This document shows positions 12,718 through 25,598 of a DNA stretch of 64,000 nt, in pieces. The notes beneath the pieces were generated by a model, which saw nothing but the letters and a program-made list of their open reading frames with translations, was not told the DNA's origin and ran no database searches. Numbering within the stretch: position 1 is the stretch's first letter; each line of letters begins with the position of its first letter. The DNA comes from Malacoraja senta. Taxonomy: Eukaryota. The DNA is taken from positions 12,092,001 through 12,156,000 of the forward strand of contig CM075989.1 in the NCBI GenBank assembly GCA_038087875.1, read 5' to 3'. Position numbers and translations under genes: made by a program.

Positions 12718-12754
12718 TCCCGGTACATACACTAGCTAAGGACTCCTGACTCTT

Positions 12755-14513
12755 GAAACATAGAAACATAGAAAATAGGTGCAGGAGTAGACCATTGGGC
12801 CCTTCGAGCCAGCACTGCCATTCAATATGATCATGGCTGATCATCCAAAATCAGTACCCCGCTCCTGCTTTTTCCCCATATGCCTTGATTCCGTTAGCCC
12901 TAAAAGCTATATATAATTCTCTATTGAAAACATCCAGTGAATTGGCCTCCACTGCTTTCGGTGGCAGAGAATTCCACAGATTCACAACTCTCTGGATGAA
13001 AAAGTTTTTCCTCATTTCAGTCCTAAATGGACTACCCCTTATTCTTATACTGTGACCCCTGGTTCTGGACTCCCCCAACATGGGGAACATTTTTCCTGCA
13101 TCTAGCCTGTCCAATCCCTTAAGAATTTTATATGTTTCTATAAGATCCCCTCTCATCTTTCTAAATTCCAGCGATTATAAGCCCAGTTGATCCATTCTTT
13201 CATCATATGTCAGTCCAGCCATCCCGGGAATTAACCTGGTGAACCTATGCTGCACTCCCTCAATTGCAATAATGTCCTTCCTCAAATTAGGAGACCAAAA
13301 CTGCACACAATACTTCAGGTATGGTCCCACCTGCAGTTGGACCTCCTTGCTCCTATACTCAAATCCTCTCGCAATGAAGGCCAGCATGCCATTTGTTTTC
13401 TTCACTGCCTGCTGTACATGCATGCTTACTTTCAGTAACTGATGTACAAGGACACCCAAGTCTCGTTGCACCTCCCCATTGGACTGGAGGGTAGCTGAAT
13501 GACACCATTCAGATAATAATCTGCCTTCTTCTTCTTGCCATCTGAGTGGATAACCATACATTTATCCACATTATATTGCATCTGCCATGCATCTGCCCAC
13601 TCACCCAACCTATCCAAGTCACCCTGTAGCCTCATAGCATCCTCCTCGCAGTTCACCCTACCACTCAGCTTTGTGTCATCTGCAAACTTGGAGATGTTAC
13701 ATTTAATTCCTTCATCTAAATTGTTAATATATATTATAAATAACCGGGGGACCAGCACTGAGCCTTGCGGCACCACACTAGTCACTGCCTGCTATTCTGA
13801 AAAGGACCCGTTATTTTCCTTCTCTTTGCTTCCTGTCTGCCATCCAGCTCTCTATCCATGTTAACACCCTACTCCCAATACCATATGCTATAATATTGCA
13901 CACTAATCTCTTGTGTGGGACCTTATCAACGGCTTTTTGAATGTCCAAATACACTACATCCACTGGCTCTCCCTTAGTCAAGCATGATTTCCCCCTCATA
14001 AATCCATGCTGACTTTGACCAACCCTGTCACTGATTTCCAAATGCACTGCTGTTACATCCTTAATAATCGACTCAAGCATCTTCTCCACTACCGATGTAA
14101 GGCTAACTGGGCATTCATTCTCCATTTTCTCTCTCCCTCTTTTCTTAAAAAGTGGGATTATATTAGCTACCCTCCAGTCCACAGGAACTGATCCAGAGTC
14201 TATAGAACATTGGAAAATGATCACCAATGCATCCATGATTTCTAGGGCCACCTCCTTAAGTACTCTGGGATGCAGACCATCAGGCCCTGGGGATTTATCT
14301 GCCTTCAGTCCCAACAGTTTACCTAGCACTATTTCCTGACTAATGTGGATTCCCTTCAGTTCTTCCATCATGCTAGATCCTCGCTCCCCTAGTATTTCTG
14401 GGAGATCGTTTGGGTCTTCTTTAGTGGAGACAGAACCAAAGTACTTGTTTAACTGGTCTGCCATTTCCTTGTTTCCCATTATAAATTCACCTGTTTCTGA
14501 CTGTAAGGTACCT
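12755..14513 (-). mobile_element. CR1 LINE, 5'-truncated, related subfamily, disrupted
   Basis: RT motifs in ORFs 13811-14521, 13432-13785 and 12851-13156; (TTTCTATG)n tail complement at 12755-12774. Confidence 0.95.
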
Positions 14514-14836
14514 GCTACCATCTCACACTTTGTGCACTGAACGTGATGTTACGTGTCTCCCTTCAAGTAAAGTATTGCTGCCATAGGTTTTCAACTCCTC
14601 AGTTACCTTCAATCATCATTGGGAGTACGCCAGGCACCGGGCCCACCGAGTACCACCTCAGTCCCAGTTAGACAGTACTGATGTGCCCCTGGCCTCAAAC
14701 CCTGGCTGCTCGTCTAACTACCCAACTTCAAGCACCGGTCAAGGCCGGTGGCCTGTCATCACACCCTGCAATGTTTTAAGGAGCGACTCCATTTTATTCA
14801 ATACTTTGGATTAAAAAGCATTAAACTCATCTCCAA

Positions 14837-15003
14837 TGAGTCAGCTCAGGATATGTCACCATCAAGAAGGTAACCAGGGTTTCCATGGCAACTTCATGAC
14901 AGCAAAGCCGTTTAGTCATCACTCTGAATACTGTCGGTAGCCAATCAGAAAATGTGCTGACAGCATGCTTCATTAGTTGAACTAATGAATTCCTATCACG
15001 TGA
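14837..15003. promoter_or_regulatory. Transcription-factor motif cluster (AP-1, RFX X-box, NF-Y, palindrome, E-box)
   Basis: TGAGTCA at 14837; GTTTCCATGGCAAC at 14879-14892; AGCCAATCAG at 14939-14948; TTCATTAGTT-G-AACTAATGAA at 14969-14989; TCACGTGA at 14996-15003. Confidence 0.45.
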
Positions 15004-15491
15004 TGCACAATAAGGGGAGAGGGATATGAGGGACAGAGATAGGGAAAGAACAGAGGAGGGGAACAGAAATGTGGGACAGGGATGTGGACGGGAATGAGGA
15101 GAATAAGGAAGAAGATGGTAACAACATAGGGAGAGGATGAAGGTGCTGTGGGAAGGTACATGTCAAGTGTTCATTTGTGGACCGGGAGGGGACAAAGGAG
15201 AGCAACACAACAATGTAAGTTTGGGGGAAGAGGAAGAGGTGGAGGAGAGGTTCAGATGAGGGGGAAACAGGGGCAGGGGAGGTCGAAAGGTTAGATGAAG
15301 GATGGAGGGAAGGATGAAGAGAGAAGCGATATGGGTGTGGGATGGAGGAGGGAGTGTGTGTTTTGGAGTGGAATGGCCTGAATGAGCAGGTGCTATCTCA
15401 GTTCTGAGAACAGTGAGAAACAACCACCAGGAACACTGAGAGGAATTTAAAAAAAACTTGTATCAGTGATGATGGTAATGAAGCTACTGGA

Positions 15492-15681
15492 GCAAAACAC
15501 AAAATGCTGGAGGAGCTCAGTGGGTCAGGGATAATCTATGGATGGAATGGACAGATGATGTTTCAGGTCAGGGCACCTAACGTCACCTGTCCACTCCCTC
15601 CACAGATGCTGCCTGATCTGCCGAGGTTCTCCCGCACTTTGTTTTGCTCAAGATTCCAGCATCTGTAGTTTCGGGTCTCTC
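15492..15681. mobile_element. Fold-back unit of inverted Penelope pLTR tails
   Basis: Arms CAAAATGCTGGAGGAGCTCAGTGGGTCAGG... and ...GCTGCCTGATCTGCCGAGGTTCTCCCGCACTTTG. Confidence 0.65.
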
Positions 15682-15734
15682 CATAAAGTCACTGGATTAT
15701 GCAGAAACTCAAATGGGATCAAACCATGGAAAAG

Positions 15735-16630
15735 AAAAGACACGCTGTGTTGGAGTAACTCAGCAGGTCAGGCAGCAACCCTGGAGAGCGTTTTTTGGTT
15801 ACATTTCAGGTTGGGACCCTTGTTCAGACTGATTGAGGGTGGACAGGGGAGGGAAGAGAGCAGGACAAAGCATGGAAGGTGATAGGTGAACACAGGTAAG
15901 GGGGTGGGGGGGTTGATAGGCAGATGGTTGGATAAAGACCAGAGATGAAAAAACACTAAAAGGATTGAAGAGTTGCGAATTGTGAACCCAGAGAAAGGAA
16001 TGTACATGGAGAGGTAGCGGGGAGGGGGAGGGGGAAAATAGCTGTGAGTCCAATTGGGGCACAGGGGAGGAGTAGGGGTTTAGAAAGTGGGGTGTGGGAG
16101 AGAAAGGGGAGGGGATGGGTTGTTAGATGTTACTGAAAATTCAATGTTCATACCGTTGGGCAGTAAGCTACCCAAGCGGAATATGAGGTTCTGTCCCTCC
16201 AGTTTGAGTGTGGCCTCACTCTGGCAATGGAGGAGGCCCAGGACAGAAAGGTCAGTATGAGAATGGGAAGGAGAGTTAAAATGGTTAGCAACCATCTCAA
16301 TGGGAGATCCAGTAGGCCTTGGCAGACCAAGCACAAGTATTCGGCATAACGTTCGCCAAGTCTTTAGTTGGTCTTGCCGATGTACAGGAGGCCACATCGA
16401 GAACACCAGATGTAGTAGATGAGTTGTGAAGAGGTGCTGGGGTCCTTGGATGGGGGCAAGGGAGGAATAGGTTTTACATCTCCTGAGGTAGTGGGGGGGG
16501 AATATCTGGGGAGGGGATGGTTTGGGTGGGAAGGGATGAAGAACTAAACTATTTCGGAGGGAGCAGAAACTGTGGAAGACAGAAAGAGGTGGAGATAGGA
16601 AGATGTGACTGGTGGTGGGATCACGTTAGA
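15735..16630 (-). mobile_element. Penelope-like element fragment (GIY-YIG + pLTR)
   Basis: VANHFNSPSHSHTDLSVLGLLHCQSEATLKLEGQNLIFRLGSLLPNGMNIEF; degenerate hammerhead at ~15798-15832. Confidence 0.85.
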
Positions 16631-18714
16631 GATTGGACAATATGTTGAACCATGCCGTGGATTAATTGTGCACGGTTTCAGTGGGACCTTTATGTTAACT
16701 ATAAGGCCATTCTCTACATGGTGATGCCTGCCTCTCAGAGTATTAGCTGTTTACAAAGAGCTTTGAAGATAATGTAGAAGCTTATTTATCATAAATGAAG
16801 CTCATTTTTTATTTATCAGGGGATGATCTTTATGTGGCTGCTGGGTTTATCACTTTACAATGCAGGAGTTGTTGAGCATTTTAATCAAATGTGTATCAAG
16901 AAGCAGTAGCTCAGAGTCAATGTACCACAATATTCCAACAAAGGACACTGCATAAACTTGGCCTTTAAGATAATTTTGCTTCAAGGCTGATAAAGAATCC
17001 TCCATTGGAATCAGTACATCCTTTGAAAGCAAGGGGTTCCTGACATTAGAGGTCTCCACTCAAATGGAACACACATAGAATTTTGTGGAACTCCAGTACA
17101 GGTACAGGCCATTCAACCCATTACATCCATGCTTGCCAATGGAGTAGGTGCTCCACCTTCTCAGTTCACTGTCCATAGCCGTACAGGACATCCAAGTTCC
17201 ACTCCAGGGACATAAGGAATGGTGATTTCAAGCCATGAGTTGGAGAGCCAATCTTAATCCTTCTATCTACCTACTGCATGTTTCCATCACATCTACTCCA
17301 ACCCCCTTCCCTCGTCTTAGCATTCCTCTCTGATCTTCTCTCACTTCTTCCTTAATCCTTGTTGCTCCTGAAACTCTTTCAACTATAGATTTACACTTTC
17401 CAATATGTTCTCTTTCCTCGTAAACCCCACACACTTAACACTCGGAAGGTTCTACACCACATCTGTCACACTCCAGCATCTTCAGGCTTAATTCTTCACC
17501 AATTTCAATAAACACCCTATCTTGAACTTTCACACTTATAAAGAAAATTCCCAAACAATTCAATTTTATCCTCCACAGAATATTTTAAGTGAAGAGATAA
17601 CCGCAAACCTTCAAAGGAATATGTCTCCTCTTGACATAGCTATTCATGTACACAGAAAGATGAAAACAGATATTTTGATATTGTTGCTCATTGTGGATGA
17701 CAGTAAAAATTGCTTTGTAACAGATGGGACTGCAATAGTTATCTGGCTGTGTACAATTGCCACATTATCTCCCACCATACACACTGTTCTCTGATCTCAG
17801 CACAGAATGCCCAAATAAATCTGTTATGTAATGAACCCCGAATGATGAGTGTGATACTACATTAACAGACACTTGGTATAAGATTCAACTTAACACTCTC
17901 TGAAGCATAATATGTTACCTTAAATTCTGACCCACGGTGACTATGGTGTGCACCAACATTCCTTTGGATAAATGATATAGTGTGTTTGACTAATTTCAAT
18001 CCACCTGAAACTAAGTAATGATCTATCTTGAGAATCAAGCCTTTTTAATCCCCTAAAATTTAAGTCATAGACTCTGAAAGACACACAGTACAGGAACAGG
18101 CCATTAGGTCCACTGACTCCTCATTAACCATTAGACACCCTTTTCCAATAATCCTACATTAATCCCATTTATTTTAATTCTCCCCACATTCTCATCAACT
18201 ATCTTCAGATTCCAACATTGTGAGCAGCAAATTAGATGTTCACTTCCATAACATTAAGCATCAATATAAGTCTATGGCACATTAATGCTCCCCATGAACT
18301 TCCTCCCACCCTTTCCATCTCCCTCCATTCTGTCCTTCTATTCCTTGTGTTTTGGCAGATTGTCCTTAAATCTGTCTAAACAGGTCACCTTAACTGCTCC
18401 TTGTGGGATTGAGTTCCACGCCCAACACTCTAAGGAAAGAAGTTTGTCCTGACATCTCCGGTAGATTAATTGGTCACTGTTTATGTCTTCTGGTAGTGAA
18501 ACTGCTTGCTCTAAACCTGCTGTTTTGAACCCTTTCATCATTTTAAGATCCTCTATTAGATTACTTTTCACTATCCCCAAATCCAGGTTCCAACTAAGCA
18601 TCGATATTCAAAGGAGGAGTTTCTAAGTCACAAGGCTGCACCTGATCATTGGTTTTCCAACCCAGTGTCTCATCATGATGGGAGCATATAATTGAAGAAA
18701 TCACCCACATGTCA

Positions 18715-19575
18715 AAACCAGGTGGCGGTGCAAATAATGCAGAGAAAGCAGGGACTCTGCAGAAGAACTTGGACAGGTTTGGAGAAGTGGCAGATGAAAT
18801 ATAGTGTAGCAAATTGCAGGGTCATGCATATTGATAGTAGGAATAAAGGTGTAGACTATTTTATAAATTGGGAGAAAATCCAGAAATCGGAGGTGCAAAG
18901 GAACTTGGGAGTGCTGGTGCAGGAGTCCCAAAAAGTAGTATTTGCAAGTCGAATCAGTAGTAAGGAAGGCAAATGCATTGCTAACATGTATTTCAAGTGG
19001 GCTAGAGTACATAAACAGGAATGTAATGCTGTAAAGAGCTGGTCAGGCCGCATTTGGAGTATTGTGAGCCATTTTGGGCACCCTATCTGAGGAAGGATGT
19101 GCTGGCTCTGGAGAGGGTCCAGAGGAGGTTTGCAAGAATGATCCCAGGAATGAGTGGGTTAACATATGATGAGCGTTTGACAGCACTGGGTCTGTACTCG
19201 CTGAAACTTACCGAATAGTGAAAGGCTTAGATAGAGTGGATGTGGAGAGCATGTTTCCACTAGTGGGAAAGCATAGGGCTAGAGGTCATAGCCTCAGAAT
19301 TAAAGGACATTCCTTTAGGAAGGAGATGAGGAGGAATTTCTTTAATAAGAGGGTGGTGAATCTGTGGAATTCTTTGCCATAGAAGGCTGTGGAGGCCAAG
19401 TCAATGGACATGTTTAAGGCAGAGATAGATAGATTCATGATTAGTACAGGTGTGAGGGGTTATGGGGAGAAGGCAGGAGAATGGGGTTTGGAGGGAGAGA
19501 TAGATCAGCCATGATTGAATGGCAGAGCAGACTTGATGGGCCGAATAGCGTAATTCTGCTCCTATCACTTATGAT
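18715..19575 (+). mobile_element. CR1 3' fragment
   Basis: KWQMKYSVANCRVMH, EVQRNLGVLV; CR1 3' UTR GATCAGCCATGATTGAATGG. Confidence 0.9.
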
Positions 19576-19639
19576 CTCTTGACCATGTCCTGTTCTCGTA
19601 TAACTGACATCCAACAGCATAAGAGGAGGGGCACAGCCT

Positions 19640-19935
19640 CATCGCCCCCCCCTGCAACCCCCCCCCCGTACATATCCCCCCTCTCTTCCCTGTGCCCCAC
19701 CTAGATTTGCTCCTATTTCTCCCCTTTGCCCTCATGCTGACCCCTTCCAACTAAGCCTTTCAAAACCCCACTCACATCTATCCACCTATCACTTGCAGGC
19801 TTTGTCCTCAACTCCCCTCTCTTCCAGCTTTCTTCCCCCACCACAATGTCTGAAGATGGGGCCTGACCCGAAACATCACCAATCTATTCCTCCGAGATGC
19901 TTCCGACCTGCTGAGTTACTCCAGTACTTATTTTC
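19640..19935 (+). mobile_element. Penelope pLTR remnant with hammerhead motif
   Basis: CTGAAGATGGGGCCTGACCCGAAACATCACC at 19850-19880, then GACCTGCTGAGTTACTCCAG. Confidence 0.7.
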
Positions 19936-20349
19936 TTATTTTCCTCTTCTGTTGCTGGTATGAAAACCTGTTTACTGAATGAAACTCCAGAGAGGATGAA
20001 TATGAAACAGCACCAGTACAATACAGTAATAAAACACGGAAATCATGCAATAACTGTTGTCAACTGCTCTGCCTCTCCAGTAATTGAAAATCAAAACATG
20101 GCTGATACTAAAATTCTGGAAAACAAATCTGAAAATGCTGAAAATGCTCAACAATTCAGGCAGTATCTGTTGAAAGAGAAAACAAGCTAATGTTTCAATT
20201 CAAAAACCCTCCAGCAGAACTGTCTTTAACAGACCTGAAATATGAATTTCTTTTGTCTACGGACCTGTGCTGCTTGACCTGCCAGGTGCTTTCATCTTTT
20301 CCTGTTCTAATCTTTGCACTCCTGTGTCTTATTCAGAATAGAGTTAAGC

Positions 20350-20655
20350 GTGGAAACAGGCCCTTCAGCCCACTGCGGCTGCAATGTCCATCAACGACTG
20401 ATTAACAAATCATACACTAATCACTTTTTTATTTTCCCCGTGTTCTCCTAAACGCCACCTTCCTTCAATACCTACAGAATTTATAATGGCCGACATCTTT
20501 GGCATGTGGGAGATAACGGAAGAACCCAGAGGAAACCCGTGTCATTTCAGGGAGAATGTACAAACTCCACACCTACAGCATCTGAGATCAAGGATTGAAT
20601 CTGGGTATCTGATTGTGTGAGGCAGAGGCTCTATCAGCTGTGCCACTGTGCTGCT
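20350..20655 (-). mobile_element. V-SINE (HE1-like)
   Basis: V-domain complement GAGGAAACCC...CAGGGAGAATGTACAAACTCCACAC, tRNA B-box complement GGATTGAATC, and a CR1-like tail. Confidence 0.75.
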
Positions 20656-21734
20656 TATTTCCTAGGACTGAGATAATGTTTTCTGATTTTAGCAGAGCCA
20701 TGTGAATTTCCTCTATTTTAACAGGAACGATGGTTAATTGATTTGAAAGTTAGCATCTCCATTAAAACAGCTGGCAGGAGAATTACATATGGATGTGTTA
20801 ATCATCCTAGTGCTAATAATGAAGAGCCTAATATAAGGCACCGTCTTCCAAACCAGAGGCCCATTTACTTGAGTTGTGGCTCCATAACATCTGTCTCCTC
20901 ATTCACATTACAGTATGTCTCCTGACAGCTAAACACACATAACACACACTCACACTACTGCAGAAGGAGTCCAAAGATGGAGAGAGTACAAGAAATATAG
21001 ATTAAATAAAATTAGACTCTAAATTAAGTTATTTTGACTGCAGTGTTCGATAATGTGCTGTCCCCAATGCCTGAATGCTGTACACGACACAGGGCTCAAT
21101 TCAAACCACGTTAAATATTTTATATAACATCTTGAGTGCTTTTGGATTAAAAAATATCAAGTCTTGAGAAACAGATTGTGAGCTGTCATGTGTGAACAGT
21201 AACACATCATACAAATATCATAATAAAACATGTAGCAGGTACACCCAGTACAATGGCAATTTAAATATGACAGAATAACAAAGTAAGTGCCAGGTGATTA
21301 GAATCGCTGCAATGGATGTATTCATCTGCTTGTATGTTTATTTTTATGAATCCACATACACATTGGCAAGGCTATCATTTATTGCCGGTCCCTAACTTCC
21401 CCTTGAGAAGATGGTGGTGATCTGCCTTCTTGAATCACCACAGCTCTTCTGGTGAAGGTACTCCCACAATACTGATGTGGGAGTTCCACAATTTAGAGTA
21501 AGTGAGGGTGAAGAACTGGCAATATATTTCCAAGTGAAATGTGGATAATCAACAGAATCTTCTCTTAAAAGAGATGAATATGATAGCAATATTCCAAATT
21601 CATGAGCCATACTATAATGTAAAGTTGTATAAATAAAAGTCTGGAAATTAATATACATAGGGCAGAGTATGGTAATGTAGAGAATTAACTATCCTGATGA
21701 CAACCTCTCCACACTTCCCCCTCCTCTAACCCCG

Positions 21735-22130
21735 GAGGATGTACCAAGCAGACTCAATAGAGGGAAACCTGTAAATATGGTGTATTTGCATTTCCAGAAC
21801 GTACTTGACAAGATGCCACATAAATGTCTCATAGTCTTTAGAAGAAGTGCGTTAACATGGATGAAGACAGAGAGTCAAATAAACGGGTCTTTGTCATGCT
21901 ATAAAGATGTGACTAGTGCAGTGCCCAAAGATCAGTACTCAGCCTTCAATTATTTACTATTACTTAGGCGGCAGAGTGTAAGGTATCCAAGTTTGCTGAT
22001 ATCATGAAAATAGGTGGGAGAGTATGATATAATTAAGATATTTGGAACTGCTGCAGGATATATAGGCTGAGTTATTGGGTTAAACCTTCTCAAATGGCAA
22101 TCAGAGGAGGAAATCTTTGTCACCTGAGGA
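21735..22130 (+). mobile_element. Old CR1 RT fragment
   Basis: VYLHFQNVLDKMPHK; SKFAD-like motif. Confidence 0.6.
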
Positions 22131-22739
22131 AACCAAAATAAGTTAACTTTTTGAACCTCTTCTTTCTCCATTGATAAAAACTCAGCCATGTCCCAATGGC
22201 ATCATAGTAAATGGCACACTGCATTGCCTTTGTGGAAGTGACCCAGGCAGCTGCAGTGGAAGAGCAATGAGGTTAAGGAGAGAGGAATGTGGAGATGTGT
22301 GGAAATAGCTGGAATGATTTTCACAGCCTAACTACCTAGTTTTCACCATGAAAGTCAGACACAAGCAGCTTACAATAGCAGCAAAAAGCTGCAATCGCAT
22401 TTACTATGTTGGAACCTATATCATCCCACTCACCCACTGATCTGTGATCTCTGACAAAATTCAATCCAAAATAGACAAAACCTCAAATTTGCAATGCTCA
22501 CCTTTGTGTTCAAATTGCTTCATGACTTTGGCTCCCCTCCTCTAGCACTGCAGCTCTCTGAGATCTTGCACTCCTCGAATTCTGGCTGCTTATACATTCT
22601 CAACATCTATTGCTGGAATGCCAAGGTGCTGTTCCGCCAGTTTGCGTGTGGCCTCACACTGACCTCACTGTTGGTGTTAGAGCATAGAGAATGCTGCGTG
22701 ACTTACTACCCGTGGAAACCACAGAAATCACATTTACAC

Positions 22740-23285
22740 GACAGGACAACAGCTCTTAACCTATTTCTGTTCAGGGTCTCCTCCATTGCCAGATAAGCCC
22801 ATGCACAATCTGAAGGAACAGCACCTTATATTCTGCTTGCAGAGCTTACAACCCAAATGGTATGAATATTGAATTCTCCAATTTCAAATAATAACCCCTT
22901 CTCTCTATTTCTTTCCCGAGCCACCCACCATATTTTCCCCACCATCTCCCATCCACCTTCATATTACTTTTTCCTTCTTTGTGCACATCCCCCAACTCCA
23001 AGTCTCCCAATTTCCTTTTATTCCTCCTTTATTCCCTCCCCCTTTCCCTTTCCATCCTTATCCCTCCCTCAGGCTATACAATTCACTCCTCCTCCTTATC
23101 TGATTTTTTTTGGTCACCTTTTCACCCTTAGCCTTTGTCACTTACCCCATGCAATGTCAACCATATCCCCTCCCTTGCCTGTATACACCAATCAGTCTGA
23201 AGAAGACTCCTGACCCGAAATGTCATCTGTGCATTCTATCCACAGATGCTGCTTAACCTGCTAAGTTCCTCCAGCACTTTGTGTT
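22740..23285 (+). mobile_element. Penelope 3' end (endonuclease C-terminus + pLTR)
   Basis: GGAACAGCACCTTATATTCTGC...GGTATGAATATTGAATTC; CTGAAGAAGACTCCTGACCCGAAATGTC at 23197-23224. Confidence 0.75.
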
Positions 23286-23894
23286 ATCATCAACACATAA
23301 CATCAGTACAGAATATCTAGTCATTGCTGTTTGTGGGTGCTTTATGTGCATAATTTGGCTGCTATTTCCTACTGTGCAATAGGAAAGATGGCTGCACATG
23401 AAAAGTCCTTTAATGGCTCAGAATGGTTTGGGATACCCTGAGGCTGTGAAAGTGGTTATATAAATGTAGCTCCTTCGTCTTGCCAGCGCTAGAGAAGAGA
23501 AATTGCTACATGACTTACTATCTGGAGACTTACGTCGAGACTGTGGTAATTACAGGCATATTTATATTACAGGATAATAGCCCCCAACCTAAATCATCCA
23601 TCAAACAAACAGACACTGTCCGATCGTTGCTCTGAGAGGAACTGATATTCAAACATAAATTATCTGGTGACTGTGATTTTATGGACCATAAATGGTGAAA
23701 TTGAGAAGATTAAATAGGAATAATTTCAGTAATAGAAAAGAAAAAGGGCACAATGGAACATAAAAATCACACAATGGAAAATAAAAGATTTATTGCATAA
23801 TAGGAACTCAGCACTATTCTATTTTAAATCAATTCTGACATTATCTAACTTCTTTCCTAATCCTTTTTACAATCTTAACTGGCAATTGCATGTC

Positions 23895-24185
23895 CCATGT
23901 ACATTACAGGATATACATGCCAAACATTTATTAGCGGATGTGCATACTCCATGTATTTACTGATTATAAACACCTCATATATTGCAGGATATACACTCTC
24001 CGTGCTTAATACAGAATATCCATGCTTGTGTACATTCGAGGATGAACAGACCAGTGTTTATTACAGGATATAATAGACAGTGGGACATTCTCCACATATG
24101 TTAGAGAATATAAGTGCTCCATGAATACTTCAAGATATTTATATCTCATTCATATTAAATGTGCACGTACAATTCAGGATATTGA
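23895..24185 (+). repeat. Degenerate ~26-bp minisatellite
   Basis: About ten variants of CATGTACATTACAGGATATACA. Confidence 0.6.
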
Positions 24186-25448
24186 TCTTAATCTATTTGA
24201 TACTCAAAGGCTGATGTAATACATTTTTTTTTTGTTTCATATAATTATTGAATGATACAGTGTAGGATGAGGCTATTTGGTCCCTCTTGCCCACCCCAGC
24301 TCTTTAAAGGAATTCTCTAGTTAGTCCCAGCCCGCGCTTTATCCAGTGCTCCACATTTTACTTTCTAATTGGAATTGCTTCCACCACTTCCCAGCGGAAA
24401 GCAACCTACATAAAAATGTTTCACGCAAATAATTCAAGTAAAATAGAAATGTTTTTCTCAGCTTCCTTTCCATTCTTAGATCATTCAATGTCCTCTGGTG
24501 ACTGATCCCTCTTCACTGGAAACAGTTCATTCTTACTTAATCAAAATGTTTCATGATTTTTAACAACTCTATTAAACATCCCCTAAAAAATGTCTCTATT
24601 CTAAGAAGAACACCTGCATCAATATCAAACACATTGGACAACTGAGATGTGGAAGTTTTTTTAATGTGGACGGACTTCAGTTACCTCCTCGACCTCAGCA
24701 CATGCCGTGTCTGAAAGCCAGTCTGCAGCAATCACTTCGACTTCTTCAACAGACCCAGCCAAGCCCACAATCCCAACCACCTAGGAATAGAAGGCCCACT
24801 GGTACTCTCACAAGTTCCCTTCAAATCGCACACTGCAATGAATCTCTGACAAGATTTTCTTCTGGTTAGAGTAATTGTTGATTCCCACATTCATGAAAGA
24901 GCACCCTGCTCCACGAAATCAAGTTGGACGATTGCATTGGCGTGCTTACAATTCCAGTAAGCTTTGTTTAGCTGTTTCTCAATGATAAATGGCAGGCATA
25001 AATGGTACGGATCAGGAATTTCAAAATAATTCAGCTTTTCAAAATAATTCATAATTACAGAAATCCACATACATCCAATTTACCAAATCTTGATTTTCAA
25101 AGTACAAACTGACTTCAGGTCTAACATTTTCTGTTGTGTGAGGTCTTATATTAGTTACAAGCCAGCAATAAAACACACTTGAAATACTCATCAGATCAGG
25201 CACCTTCCATAGAGAGAGGCACAGAATTAATGTTTCAGATTGGAGACTTTTCATCAGAACTTGAGCAATTAAGGAAACGAGAGAGAGGTGCAGAGATAGA
25301 GACACGAAGGAAATTCCCAAGGTAAAAGACCAGTCAGTTGAAGACATAGCCACCAACAATAGAGCAATAAAATCAGGAGTGCACAAGAATCAGAAATGGT
25401 GAAGGCAGAATTCTCAGAGATTGTTGCTGGTCAGAGAATTTGAACATG

Positions 25449-25598
25449 GGAAAGGGGAGGGGAAGGGGGAGAGGGAGGGGGAGAGGGAGGGAGGGAGAGG
25501 GAGGGAGAGGGAGGGAGAGGGAGGGAGAGGGAGGGGGAGGGAGAGGGAGGGAGAGGGAGGGAGGGAGAGGGAGGGAGAAGGAGAGAGAGAGAGAGAGA
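25449..25598 (+). repeat. (GAGGGA/GAGG)n purine microsatellite
   Basis: Direct reading of the sequence. Confidence 0.9.

Noticed and set aside
14879..14948. MHC class II S-X-Y module
   Set aside because: X-box to CCAAT spacing (~47 bp) is much longer than the constrained X-Y spacing, and there is no MHC gene nearby.
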